From Eledone cirrhosa (taxonomy: Eukaryota), in the NCBI GenBank assembly GCA_964016885.1, contig OZ024759.1, positions 9,796,001-9,860,000 of the forward strand: a DNA stretch of 64,000 nucleotides, given 5' to 3'. The notes under the pieces were generated by a model, which saw only the letters and a list, made by a program, of their open reading frames with translations, had not been told where the DNA came from and ran no database searches. Shown here piece by piece: positions 51,385 to 64,000 of the stretch (positions are counted from its first letter, which is position 1; each line of letters starts with the position of its first letter). A program made the translations under genes and the position numbers.

Positions 51385-51810
51385 GAATTACAGGTGTGCT
51401 TGAATTACAGGTGTGCTTGAAAGAGGCGTGCTAGAAATAGAGGTGTGCTAGAAATAAAGGTGTGCTAGAAATAGAGGTGTGCTAGAAATAGAGGTCTGCT
51501 AGAAATAGAGGTGTGCTAGAAATAGAGGTGTGCTAGAAATAAAGGTGTGCTAGAAATAGAGGTGTGCTAGAAATAGAGGTGTGCTAGAAATAAAGGTGTG
51601 CTAGAAATAGAGGTGTGCTAGAAATAGAGGTGTGCTAGAAATAGAGGTGTGCTAGAAATAAAGGTGTGCTAGAAATAAAGGTGTGCTAGAAATAGAGGTG
51701 TGCTAGAAATAAAGGTGTGCTAGAAATAAAGGTGTGCTAGAAATTGAGGTGTGCTAGAAATAAAGGTGTGCTAGAAATAGAGGTGTGCTAGAAATAAAGG
51801 TGTGCTTGAA
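51385..51810. repeat. 17-bp tandem repeat
   Basis: (AGAGGTGTGCTAGAAAT)n. Confidence 0.95.
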
Positions 51811-52602
51811 TTAAAAAGATATTAGTGATTAATCTTCTGCCATGAAAATGAATGAATTCATTCAATAAAATGTTTTTTTTTATACTGATTCCTACCCATG
51901 TTAGCGTGGAAGATAGACATCAAATGATGATGATGATGATTCCTATTAATAGAGTAGTTGTGTGTGTGTGTGTGTGTGTGTGTGTGACAGCTCACACCTA
52001 TGCAGGTTTAGCTGGCCTCCGCCAAGGTATATCTCGTTGGAGGTGTCTTGGGTAATTTAATGATAGGGACCCCAGTCCCTATCATCTCATTTCTACAGCT
52101 GAGTAAACTGGAGCAACGTGAAATAAAGTATCTTGCTCAAGGAAACAACACATCACCTGGTCCAAGAATTGAACTCACAACCTTTCGATTGCAAGCCCAA
52201 TACTCTAACCACTAAGCCATGCGCCTTCATATAGTAGGTGGGAACGTTACAGTAGAATTAAAGTAATAACTATGGAATATTATGACCCAGGTTGGATTTA
52301 GACATTGGGGGGCCCAGGGCACTTCAGGTTGAGGGCGGGAGCTCATATACCAAAAATTAGAATACACAGCAATATATATATATTTTAATGCTAAATTATT
52401 AATAACAATATACAGTATTTGCCGGCTTATCGGACACCCCTTCACATAAGACTTTCCTTCTTTTTTTATTACATTTTACGTTATATTTTGACGTTTATAG
52501 GCATTTTTTATGGACCACGTCCAATATTCGTGGTTTTTCACTCTTTGCAAGGGCTCTCGGATTGTAACTCCCGCAAATACCAGGGGACGATGTGTGTATA
52601 TA

Positions 52603-52945
52603 TCATCATTTTCATCATTTCATTTTACGTCCACTTTTCCCTGCTTGCAAGGGTGGGACGGGAACTGATTCTGGCTTGATTTCTACAGCTGGATGCCCTT
52701 CCTAACACCAACCTCATTTACAGTGAGTGCTGGGTGCTTTTTTGCCGTGGCACCTCCACGACCACTTTGCAGTGGAATGATAGGGACCCCAGTCCCTATC
52801 ATCTCATTTCTACAGCTGAGTAAACTGGAGCAATGTGAAATAAAGTGTCTTGCTCAAGGAAACAACACATCACCCGGTCTGAGAATTGAACTCACAACCT
52901 TTCGATTGCAAGGCCAATGCTCTAACCACTAAGCCATGTGCCTCC
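52603..52945 (-). mobile_element. tRNA-derived SINE with RTE tail (partial head also at 52060-52228)
   Basis: Homologous to 9648-9990. Confidence 0.85.
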
Positions 52946-53639
52946 ATATATATATATATATATTTTGATAGTCGATCGACTTTCGTCAAATCTGACCGAG
53001 GAAGCTATGTTTCCATCGGTCTTTCCAGTTGCTAGTACTATCTATCGGTCACAACTCCAGGTAGAAGGAGCAACGTGAAATAAGGAGTCTTGCTCAAGGA
53101 CATAACGCATCGCCTGGTCCAGGAATCGAACTCACAACCTCAAGATTGTGAATCCAATTCTCTAACCACTCAGCCACACGCCTTCACACACACATATATA
53201 TATATTGCAGTGAAACCTATGCTATTTCCATCAACTTATTATTATTTTCTCCTAACTAGCAGATTAATAATTATTTCTATTTTAGGCACAAGGGCAGCAA
53301 TTAACCCAGTGCATTACTGGTACTTTATTTTATCGACCCCGTAAGGATGAAAGGCAAAGTTAACCTCGGCGGGATTTGAACTCAGACCGTAAAGAGGCAT
53401 AACTCTATACTGGAAAGCATGGCGTCCGACCCTCTACCTATACTGCCACTTCAACTAGCAAATTAACAATGAGAGTAAGTTGAACAATTTTTCATATTTT
53501 TTATTGTGTTTTGTTTTAATTCCTGTTATAAATTTTCTCTCTTTCACCCATTGAATTGTACAAGTTGTGAAATAGACCGGTTTACACGCATGGTTGGTCG
53601 AAATATCTACAATTCAGACTCTAACCAACACGCTACTCT

Positions 53640-54330
53640 AAGGGTTTCTTCCTGCGAACGAAAGGCCGGTTATATGATGCCTGTGTGAGATGCGCGCTGC
53701 TGCATGGTAGTGAGACATGGGCAGCAACTGTGGAGGATATGCGACGGCTGGAGAGAGAGAAATGAAGCAAGTATGCTCCGTTGGATGTGCAGTGTCAATG
53801 TGCGTGAACGGCCGAGCATGCACTTTTTGATGAGTTGTGGTGCACCTGGGCACTGTACACAATATTTCATTATTATTATTATATCATGACTCATACACTG
53901 TTCATTTTCCTGACATTTGTACATTATTCTATGTACTATACATGCACCTTTGATGAGTTGTAGTGCACCTGAGCACTGTACACAATAATTTCATTATTAT
54001 TATTTCATTATTATTATTATTATTAAACTGTGTCTGAGAGGGATAAATTGTAGTGTGTGGGAGAGAAGGCCTAGATCGTATGGACATGTGATGCACATGG
54101 AGGATGACCGATGGGTGAAGAAGTGCTAGGAAATCCTAGTTAAAGGAAGACGCAGTAGAGGTAGACCATGAAAAACATGGGCGGAGGTGGTTAGAGCAGA
54201 CCTCAGATCACTGACGCTCACGGTGGAGATGACGAAGGACCGTGACAAGTGGAGAGATGCTGTGCTGAATAGGACCCGTCCCACCCTTGCAAGCAGGGAA
54301 AAGCGGACGTAAAAGGATGATGATGATGAT
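53640..54330 (+). mobile_element. Degenerate RTE LINE 3' fragment split by an insert at ~53820-54025
   Basis: KGRLYDACVR..LHGSETW..RNEASMLRWMC, then YGHVM...GRP..TW; tail identical in type to the SINE tail. Confidence 0.7.
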
Positions 54331-54647
54331 GGAAAGGTTGTAGGCACTATCACTGTTACTATTACACTATTTCTTGCCATGGAACTTGAGACTGAAGCCG
54401 AATGCTACCATTCTATTGTACAGCGATTTGAGACTGAATTTTTCTAATAACCAATTTTTCACTAACTTATTAATTTGTGTTTCAGATACGCTGGCTGAGT
54501 GTTTATTGCGGGAGTGGAACTATTTGAATGTTTGTCTATAAATCGGTAGCCAATAAGGGGACAACATTGTGATGAGATCCCAGTTGCTAATCACTTTACT
54601 GTGTTGGCCGTCACAAACAGTTATAGCCGGCTGGAGTCGAATTCTGT

Positions 54648-56510
54648 ATGTGAGATATTATGTGAGGTAAAGCCTTTACTGTGACAATACAATAGTATAT
54701 ATAGAGTAATGTAAATGTTATGTGAGGTATTATGTGAGGTAAAGCCTTTACTGTGACAATACAATAGTATATATAGAGTAATGTAAATGTTATGTGAGAT
54801 ATTATGTGAGGTAAAGTCTTGACTGTGACAATACAATAGTATATATAGAGTAATGTAAATGTTATGTGAGATATTATGTGAGGTAAAGCCTTTACTGTGA
54901 CAATACAATAGTATATATAGAGTAATGTAAATGTTATGTGAGATATTATGTGAGGTAAAGCCTTTACTGTGAAAATACAATAGTATATATAGAGTAATGT
55001 AAATGTTATGTGAGATATTATGTGAGGTAAAGACTTTACTGTGAAAATACAATAGTATATATAGAGTAATGTAAATGTTATGTGAGATATTATGTGAGGT
55101 AAAGCTTTTACTGTGACAATACAATAGTATATATAGAGTAATGTAAATGTTATGTGAGGTATTATGTGAGGTAAAGTCTTGACTGTGAAAATACAATAGT
55201 ATATATAGAGTAATGTAAATGTTATGTGAGATATTATGTGAGGTAAAGCCTTTATTGTGAAAATATAATAGTATATATAGAGTAATGTAAATGTTATGTG
55301 AGATATTATGTGAATATTACTGTGAAAATACAATAGTATATATAGAGTAATGTAAATGTTATGTGAGATATTATGTGAGGTAAAGCCTTTATTGTGAAAA
55401 TATAATAGTATATATAGAGTAATGTAAATGTTATGTGAGATATTATGTGAGGTAAAGCCTTTACTGTGAAAATACAATAGTATATATAGAGTAATGTAAA
55501 TGTTATGTGAGATATTATGTGAGGTAAAGACTTTACTGTGACAATACAATAGTATATATAGAGTAATGTAAATGTTATGTGAGATATTATGTGAGGTAAA
55601 GCCTTTACTGTGAAAATACAATAGTATATATAGAGTAATGTAAATGTTATGTGAGATATTATGTGAGGTAAAGCCTTTACTGTGACAATACAATAGTATA
55701 TATAGAGTAATGTAAATGTTATGTGAGATATTATGTGAGGTAAAGCCTTTACTGTGACAATACAATAGTATATATAGAGTAATGTAAATGTTATGTGAGA
55801 TATTATGTGAGGTAAAGCCTTTACTGTGAAAATACAATAGTATATATAGAGTAATGTAAATGTTATGTGAGATATTATGTGAGGTAAAGCCTTTACTGTG
55901 ACAATACAATAGTATATATAGAGTAATGTAAATGTTATGTGAGATATTATGTGAGGTAAAGCCTTTACTGTGACAATACAATAGTATATATAGAGTAATG
56001 TAAATGTTATGTGAGATATTATGTGAGGTAAAGCCTTTACTGTGACAATACAATAGTATATATAGAGTAATGTAAATGTTATGTGAGATATTATGTGAGG
56101 TAAAGCCTTTACTGTGACAATACAATAGTATATATAGAGTAATGTAAATGGTATGTGAGATATTATGTGAGGTAAAGCCTTTACTGTGACAATACAATAG
56201 TATATATAGAGTAATGTAAATGTTATGTGAGATATTATGTGAGGTAAAGCCTTTACTGTGAAAATACAATAGTATATATAGAGTAATGTAAATGTTATGT
56301 GGGATATTATGTAAGGTAAAGCCTTTACTGTGACAATACAATAGTATATATAGAGTAATGTAAATGTTATGTGAGATATTATGTGAGGTAAAGCCTTTAC
56401 TGTGAAAATACAATAGTATATATAGAGTAATGTAAATGTTATGTGAGGTATTATGTGAGATAAAGCCTTTAATATGAAAATACAATAGTATATATAGAGT
56501 AATGTAAATG
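54648..56510. repeat. 72-bp tandem satellite, same family as 22882-25525, opposite orientation
   Basis: Reverse-complement unit; identical 24-aa periodic ORFs. Confidence 0.95.
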
Positions 56511-56644
56511 GAGAAGCAATCAATAAAAGATGGGTTTTCATCTGGGTCACAAAACTATGACAGGTTTCAACATAAAACTGGCTTCTTGGTGTTTACTGAA
56601 GTATGGTCAGTAGGAATATAGGGGATGGGAAGATAATAGAATAG

Positions 56645-56997
56645 TAGCGGTGGAGGTCGTGGTGGTGGCAGCGGTGGTGGTGTTGGTGGTGGCATTGGTG
56701 ATGGTGATGGTGGTGGCATTGGTGGTGGTGTTGGCGGTGGCATTGGTGGTGGTGGTGGTGGTGGTGGTGTTGGTGGCGGCATTGGTGGTGGTGATGGTGG
56801 TGGCATTGGTGGTGGTGTTGGTGGTGCCGATAGTGGTAGCATTGGCAATGGTGGTGGTGCCGGTGGTAGTGGTGGCATTGGTGTGTGGTGGAGGGTGGGG
56901 GGGATGGTGCAGTGAGGGTAGTGGTGGCATTAATGATGGTGGTGGTGAGTGGGGTGGCATTGGCACTGCTAATAGTGGTGGTGGTGGTGGTGGTGGA
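56645..56997. repeat. Degenerate (GGT)n repeat
   Basis: Direct observation. Confidence 0.9.
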
Positions 56998-57067
56998 GAA
57001 AGGGTATACCACTGTAGCTGCAGTAGCGGTAATATCAAAGACACAGCAAAACAAGATGGCAGCCAAT

Positions 57068-57267
57068 NNNNNNNNNNNNNNNNNNNNNNNNNNNNNNNNN
57101 NNNNNNNNNNNNNNNNNNNNNNNNNNNNNNNNNNNNNNNNNNNNNNNNNNNNNNNNNNNNNNNNNNNNNNNNNNNNNNNNNNNNNNNNNNNNNNNNNNNN
57201 NNNNNNNNNNNNNNNNNNNNNNNNNNNNNNNNNNNNNNNNNNNNNNNNNNNNNNNNNNNNNNNNNNN
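57068..57267. other. Assembly gap (200 N)
   Basis: Run of N. Confidence 1.
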
Positions 57268-57711
57268 AAAGAGAGAGATAGAGAGATAGAAAGGAAGAGA
57301 ATTAGAGAAGAAAGAATAAAAAAGAGAAAAAATAAAAGAAAAAGGAAAAATGTAAACAAGCAACAAATAAATAAAGCCGTAATTAAAATGAACCACCAAT
57401 GAAGCAATTAGTAAGTGGTGTGGGTTAGTGATTGGTGTCTTGCTGTAGAATATCATATTAGGCGACTGGAGTTGTCTTTATAATTAAACTCTGTTGAGTG
57501 CTAGTGTTCAGCAATTATTGCCTGCATTTAGTACATTTAAGTTCCTTGTGAAGGACAACAAATGTTTTCAGAGTTAAGTTCTTTCTTCACACTCCACAAC
57601 AGTGGCAGCACAACAACAACCCTAACATTATGTAGAATAATGCACTATGTGACAGCCGCACTAACATTTGTATAGAACAGGGACGGGTGGGGGTCTAACT
57701 AAAACTCAGGG

Positions 57712-59162
57712 ACTCAAAGGGTCATAGGTTCTGTGGTTGAGGTACAGTGGGTCAAAAGGGTGATATGTTCTGGGGTTGAGATACAGTGGGTCAAAAGGGT
57801 GATATGTTCTGGGGTTGAGATACAGTGGGTCAAAAGGGTCATATGTTCTGGGGTTGAGAGACAGTTGGTCAAAAGGGTCACATGTTCTGTGGTAGAGGTA
57901 CAGTGGATCAAAAGGGTCATATGTTCTGGGGTTGAGATACAGTTGGTCAAAAGGGTCACATGTTCTGTGGTAGAGGTACAGAGGGTCAAACGGGTGATAT
58001 GTTCTGGAGTAGCGGTACAGTGGGTCAAAAGGGTCATATGTTCTGGGGTTGAGATACAGTGGGTCAAAAGGGTCATATGTTCTGGGGTTGAGATACAGTG
58101 GGTCAAAAGGGTCATATGTTCTGTGGTAGCGGTACAGTGGGTCAAAAGGGTCATATGTTCTGTGGTAGTGGTACAGTGGGTCAAAAGGGTCATATATTCT
58201 GGAGTAGTGGTACAGTGGGTCAAAAGGGTCATATGTTCTGGGGTTGAGGTACAGTGGATCAAACGGGTCACATGTTCTGTGGTAGAGGTACAAGTGGGTC
58301 AAAAGGGTGATATGTTCTGGGGTAGAGGTACAATGGGTCAAAAGGGTGATATGTTCTGGGGTTGAGGTACAGTGGGTCAAAAGGGTCACATGTTCTGTGG
58401 TTGAGGTACAGTGGGTCAAAAGGGTGATATGTTCTGGGGTAGAGGTACAGTGGGTCAAAAGGGTCATACATTCTGGGGTTGAGATACAGTGGGTCAAAAG
58501 GGTCACATTTTCTGTGGTTGAGGTACAGTGGGTCAAAAGGGTCACATATTCTGTGGTAGAGGTACAGTGGGTCAAAAGGGTGATATGTTCTGGGGTAGAG
58601 GTACAGTGGGTCAAAAGGGTCATACATTCTGGGGTTGAGATACAGTGGGTCAAAAGGGTCACATTTTCTGTGGTTGAGGTACAGTGGGTCAAAAGGGTCA
58701 CATATTCTGTGGTAGAGGTACAGTGGGTCAAACGGGTGATATGTTCTGGGGTTGAGATACAGTGGGTCAAAAGGGTCACATGTTCTGTGGTTGAGGTACA
58801 GTGGGTCAAAAGGACCATATGTTCTGGGGTTGAGGTACAGTCGGTCAAAAGGGTCATATGTTCTGGGGTAAAAGTACAGTGGGTCAAAAGGTCATATGTT
58901 CTATGGTTGAGGTACAGTGGGTCAAAAGGGTCATATGTTCTGGGGTTGAGGTACAGTCGGTCAAAAGGACCATGTGTTCTGTGGTTGAGGTACAGTGGGT
59001 CAAAAGGGTCATAGGTTTTGGGGTAGAGGTACAGTGGGTCAAAAGGGTCATAGGTTTTTTGGGTAGAGGTACAGTGGGTCAAAAGGGTCATATGCTCTGT
59101 GGTTGAGGTACAGTCTGTCAAAAGGGTCATATGTTCTGGGGTTGAGTACAGTGGGTCAAAAG
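57712..59162. repeat. 39-bp tandem satellite
   Basis: GGTACAGTGGGTCAAAAGGGTCATATGTTCTGGGGTTGA unit; 13-aa periodic ORFs. Confidence 0.93.
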
Positions 59163-59199
59163 TGAGATGATGGAGGTGATGTCCACCAGTTATAAAGTC

Positions 59200-59585
59200 C
59201 ATCTACAACTCATTCCCTTCTTTAGGTACCACTTTAGAAGGAAAATCAGAGTGGAGAGAGAGGTACTGCACCCCAGTAAATTTACTGAAAGGTGGGTGAA
59301 TGTAGCAAAAATGGCCCGAGTGATTGGGCCTTCTCTGTATATAAACCTGTAGGTTGAAGAAGAGAGCAAAAGGAAGAAAGGAGCACTTGTACAACACGCT
59401 CCTGGAGTTGAGGGTTGTTCTATCTACGAGGTATTAAACAACCCATTTGTAATGCCTATTGGGGATTTCGATTGTTAAATTTGTTTGTTGAAAATATTTT
59501 TTTACACTGTATGTAAAATTCCCGCCATATGTCCTTGTATTGTCCCCTTTTCTTATGCGCCCTTGTGGCAAATAAAGAAATAAAT
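59200..59585 (+). mobile_element. Possible L1/Tx1-like LINE 3' end
   Basis: FFRYHFRRKIRVEREVL...FTERW C-terminal-like peptide, then UTR with AATAAA and an A-rich end. Confidence 0.4.
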
Positions 59586-59765
59586 CTACAACACAGCTGA
59601 TAGTCTGCTATTTGTTTCCATCAAAACTAATAGTAGTAAGTGAGATATGGGAAGTGCTACAAAATTCAGGGGCAGAAATTTTCTATTTCAAATTTTCCTC
59701 AGTTCAGTTTTTACTTTTGGTAAATTCCCCTTTTTTTACCATTTTATTGTATTGGGTCGTCAAGT

Positions 59766-59998
59766 ATGAAATACTGGAATAGGGAGTTGGTGGTGGCCAT
59801 GGAGTGCTCAAGGAGCAAGCTGACTATTGTCGTATGAAATATTGGGTCGTCAAGGATGAAATTTGTAGAAATTTGTAGAAAAAACAAACAAATTTCTACA
59901 AATTTCATACTTGACGACCCAATATTTCATACGACAATACTCAGCTTGCCCCTTGAGCACTCCATGGCCACCACCAACTCCCTGTTCCAGTATTTCAT
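59766..59998. repeat. ~230-bp hairpin
   Basis: ATGAAATACTGGAA...TTCCAGTATTTCAT arms of ~110 bp. Confidence 0.88.
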
Positions 59999-60125
59999 GG
60001 GTAAATTGAGTGTGGAAGGTGATGCAGGCCCCAGAAAAGTTGTTTATGGCTCTGAGGGCCACATATTGCAGATCCCTGATATAGAATGGCGCACGGAGTG
60101 ATAACCACCCTCACATTAATACAGA

Positions 60126-60748
60126 GATGATGGTTATGGTGGTGGTGGTGATGGTTATGGTGGTGGTGGTGATGGTGGTGGTGGTGGTGGTGATGATGGT
60201 GATGGTGGTGGTGGTGATGGTGGTGGTGGTGGTGGTGATGGTGGTGGTGGTGGTGGTGGTGATGGTGGTGGTGGTGGTGGTGATGGTGATGGTGGTGATG
60301 GTGATGGTGATGGTGGTGGTGGTGATGGTGATGGTGGTGATGGTGGTGGTGGTGGTGATGGTGGTGGTGGTGGTGGTGATGGTGGTGATGGTGGTGGTGA
60401 TGGTGGTGGTGGTGGTGGTGATGGTGATGGTGGTGGTGGTGGTGGTGATGGTGATGGTGGTGATGGTGGTGGTGATGGTGGTGGTGGTGGTGGTGATGGT
60501 GGTGATGGTGGTGGTGATGGTGGTGGTGGTGGTGGTGATGGTGATGGTGGTGGTGGTGGTGATGGTGGTGGTGGTGATGGTGGTGGTGGTGGTGATGGTG
60601 GTGGTGGTGGTGATGGTGGTGGTGGTGGTGGTGGTGGTGATGATGGTGGTGGTGGTGGTTATGATGATGGTGGTGGTGGTGGTGGTGATGATGATGGTGG
60701 TGGTGGTGGTGGTGGTGGTGATGATGATGGTGGTGGTGGTGGTGGTGG

Positions 60749-60779
<31 letters not shown>

Positions 60780-60814
60780 GGTGGTGATGATGATGGTGGT
60801 GGTGGTGGTGGTGG

Positions 60815-60845
<31 letters not shown>

Positions 60846-60922
60846 GGTGATGATGATGATGATGCTGCTGGTGATGATGATGATGATAATGATGATGATG
60901 GTGATGATGGTGATGATGAGGG

Positions 60923-60957
<35 letters not shown>

Positions 60958-61015
60958 CTGCTGGTGATGATGATGATGATAATGATGATGATGGTGATGA
61001 TGGTGATGATGAGGG

Positions 61016-61050
<35 letters not shown>

Positions 61051-61164
61051 GTGGTGAGGATAGTGATGCTGCTGGTGGTGATGATGATGATGATGATGAT
61101 GGTGGTGAGGATAGTGATGATGGTGGTGGTGATGCAGTGATGATGATGGTGATGATGGTGATGA
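60126..61164. repeat. (GGT)n/(GAT)n trinucleotide repeat
   Basis: Direct observation. Confidence 0.95.
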
Positions 61165-61230
61165 AAGGGGATATCTGGTCCCTGTATTAGGGACCTAAAT
61201 TTAACCTACCATGACCTTCATGTGACCCAG

Positions 61231-61434
61231 CACACGAGGGTTGACTGAAAAGTTGACAGGCTGACCAAGATACCCTCATGGAATGACCAAATGAGGGATA
61301 TTTTTCAACATAGTCTCTGTAAAGAGAAACAATGCAGTTATTAATAAGAGCAGCTGAAATGAATGCATGCAAGATTTCACAGCTCTAGCATCACTCCCTC
61401 ATGGTCAGCCTATGAACCTTTCAGCCGACATTCA
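61231..61434. mobile_element. Mariner-like MITE
   Basis: Imperfect TIRs CGAGGG..CTGAAAAGTT..AGGCTGACCA / TGGTCAGCCT..AACCTTTCAG. Confidence 0.55.
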
Positions 61435-63412
61435 TCATCATCACCGTTTTACGTCCGTTCTTCCACGCTAGCATGGGTTAGACGGGTTGTCCTGTTGTGG
61501 GCAGTGTCTGGTCGGCTGACCTTGCCTTGCTCATACAGGAACTGATTCTGGCTTGATTTCTACAGCTGGATGCCCTTCCTAACACCAACCTCATTTACAG
61601 TGTGGGCTAGGTGCTTTTTCCGTGGCACCTCCATGTCCACTTTGCAGTGTGGGGGGGGGGGGGGGCATATTGTCTATATGCTTCAGCTTGTACCCATGGG
61701 AGGTCGGGTACTCTGTATTACTGCGTGACGCCAGAGGTCACGGTCGTGTGTCATCGCCTTTGAGAGGTGCAACTGAGTAAGGTCGACCCCTATCACCTCA
61801 TCCCAGGTCTTCTTGGGTCTCCCCACTCAGCGGCTTCCATCGACTTCTAGTGCTCTGCACATTTTTATTCATCTGTCATCCTTCATACGTATCACATGTC
61901 CATACCAACACAACCTCCTCTCCTGCACACAGCATTTGATTCCTCTTATGCTCAGTCTCTCTCGCAATTCGTTTATGCTTTGCCGTTCGCGTATATTACT
62001 ATTACACATCCATCGAAGCATGCAGGCTTCGTTTCTTTCTAATCTACGTAAGTCTTCCACCTTCAGCGCCCAGGTCTCACTACCATGTAACATTGCTGTT
62101 CTGATACACGCATCATACAGTCTGCCTTTCATTTTGAGGGAGAAGCCTTTTGCAGCTAGCAATGGCAGTAATTCCCTGAACTTCTTCCATCCCATTCTTA
62201 CCCTAGTTATTGTACTTTCTGAACACCCACCTCCGCTGCTAATTCGGTCACCTAGGTAGCAGAAGCTGTCTACTGTTTCTACAGAGCCCTCCCAGAGATT
62301 GGTGGTACTTGTTTCCTGTGGCTGCTTGCTGTCCCAGCAGAGCTGCTACATGTGAAGCCTACATTCTTAATTAAGCTTCCTGAGATCCCGCTACATCTCT
62401 TGTGTACCCATTGTTTGCATTTGGGGCAGAGAATGGAGTTCCTACCTACACCTTTCCTACATACTGAGCAAGGCCATTTCCCTGAAGGGACCTGGGTTCT
62501 GTTTTCTCGTCTACTTACAAGGACCTTAGTCTTTGTCATGTTGACTTTGAGACCCTTTCTTTCTAGTCCCTGCTTCCAAGTTTGGAATTTCTTCTCTAGT
62601 TCTACCATAGATTCAGCTATAAGTGCAAGGTCATCTGCATACAGGAGTTCCCATGGGCATCCGGTCTTAAACTCCTCCGTTATTGCCTGCAGGACTATGA
62701 TGAACAAGAGAGGGCTAAGAACAGAGCCCTGGTGGACACCGACCTCTACGCTAAATTCGTCGCTATACTCATTGCTAATCCTAACTTTGCTGACTGCTCC
62801 CCTATACATGGCTTGTACAGCTTTCACAAGCCATTCATCTACTCCTAGTTTTCTAAGAGCCCACCAGATTATAGCACGTGGAACTCTGTCAAAGGCTTTC
62901 TCGAGATCGACGAATGCCAGGTAGAGTGGCTTACTTTTAGCTAGGTACCTTTCCTGTAACTGCCTCACAAGGAAGAGGGCATCAATGGTGCCTCTTCCTG
63001 GTACAAACCCAAATTGCATCTCATCTAGTTTCACCCGGTCCCTAATCAATTGTGCTATAACTCTTTCTGTTACTTTCATGACCTGGTCCATCAGCTTTAT
63101 ACCTCTATAGTTTTCTCTATCTAGTGCATCACCTTTACCTTTGTGGCAGTTGACAATGATGCTACTGCACCAATCTTTTGGTATGACACCTTCTAGTATT
63201 ACCTGGTTAACAATACGTGTGGTTATAGTGTGACCTACAGACCCAGATGCCTTCAGCATCTCGGCAGCTATACCTGATGGACCGGTTGCCTTCCCCATCT
63301 TCATATCTTTGATTGCCTTACTTACTATGCTGCTGCTGACTTGTACTGCTGGCCCTTCTATAGGGTCTCTTCTTCCCATGCATTCTCCTCATTTAGTAAT
63401 CTATCATAATGG
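61433..63412 (-). mobile_element. RTE-clade LINE, 5'-truncated, frameshifted
   Basis: ORFs 62279-63379 and 61869-62195 with RT motifs (FVDLEKAFDRV, YADD); 3' UTR homologous to 49806-50112. Confidence 0.95.
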
Positions 63413-64000
63413 CTGTTGTTTATTTGTACAAATCGATGGGATGGTCAGGCCTAGAATGTCTTTGATCATAATTTAGTCAGGTAATAAAAGAAGATCTGCA
63501 AACGAGAGTTAAAGGTATAATTATGTCTGGAATAGAACTAATGAAAGAACATTAATTCTTCTGGTGTGACAGACATGGAGAAAGTGGTAATTGGAAGTGA
63601 GAAAGAAACAATTATTTTGGAAAATATTTGGTCTTTTACTGCTACACTATTATATGAGTTAAACGTTGTGTTGGTGGACATGTCAGGCAGGCTTCCAAGA
63701 TTCCATTATTCTATTGTTGTAAGAGTTCAAGAGACTCTAGACAAATTCTTAATCTTTAGCATAGTCTCAAAAGTTAAGCTGACCTTCTGTAGAAAATAAC
63801 ACTTACCTGGGAATGAAAACATCATCATCATCATCAGTGTCATTGTGAACATCATCATCATCACCATCATCATCATCGTCATCTAGGTTGGTGTTAGGAA
63901 GGGCATCCAGCTGTAGAAACCAAGCCAGAATCGGTTCTGTATGAGCATAATATGGTCACCTAATCTAGCATTTCTCACCACAGGATAACTCATCTAACCC

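Noticed and set aside
63415-63810. Possible degraded GPCR-like peptide (LSFADLLL) or splice donor on the minus strand
   Set aside because: Multiple stops, motif too short, no supporting exon structure

Overview
AT-rich, repeat-saturated eukaryotic DNA. The SINE/LINE/microsatellite landscape resembles an octopod cephalopod genome (inference). No intact host gene is visible. The only host-type coding sequence is a rearranged, SINE-interrupted ZIP (SLC39A1-3 type) zinc-transporter pseudogene at 43971-44703. The rest is satellites (84, 72, 44, 39 and 17 bp units), tRNA-derived SINEs, RTE/CR1/Tx1-like LINE fragments, DNA-transposon relics, and three Penelope-like retroelements (RT and/or GIY-YIG). 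The most striking signal is a dense set of short fold-back elements, mostly in (TA)n tracts, carrying type-I hammerhead ribozymes. There are about ten distinct loci, including U3:A8 covariant cores, family-specific palindromic helix III sequences and a ~310-nt retrozyme-like monomer. There is also a ~6.4-kb palindrome (10130-16510) centred on a Penelope 3' end that duplicates flanking DNA. Ribozyme calls come from manual folding, not from covariance-model searches or assays.
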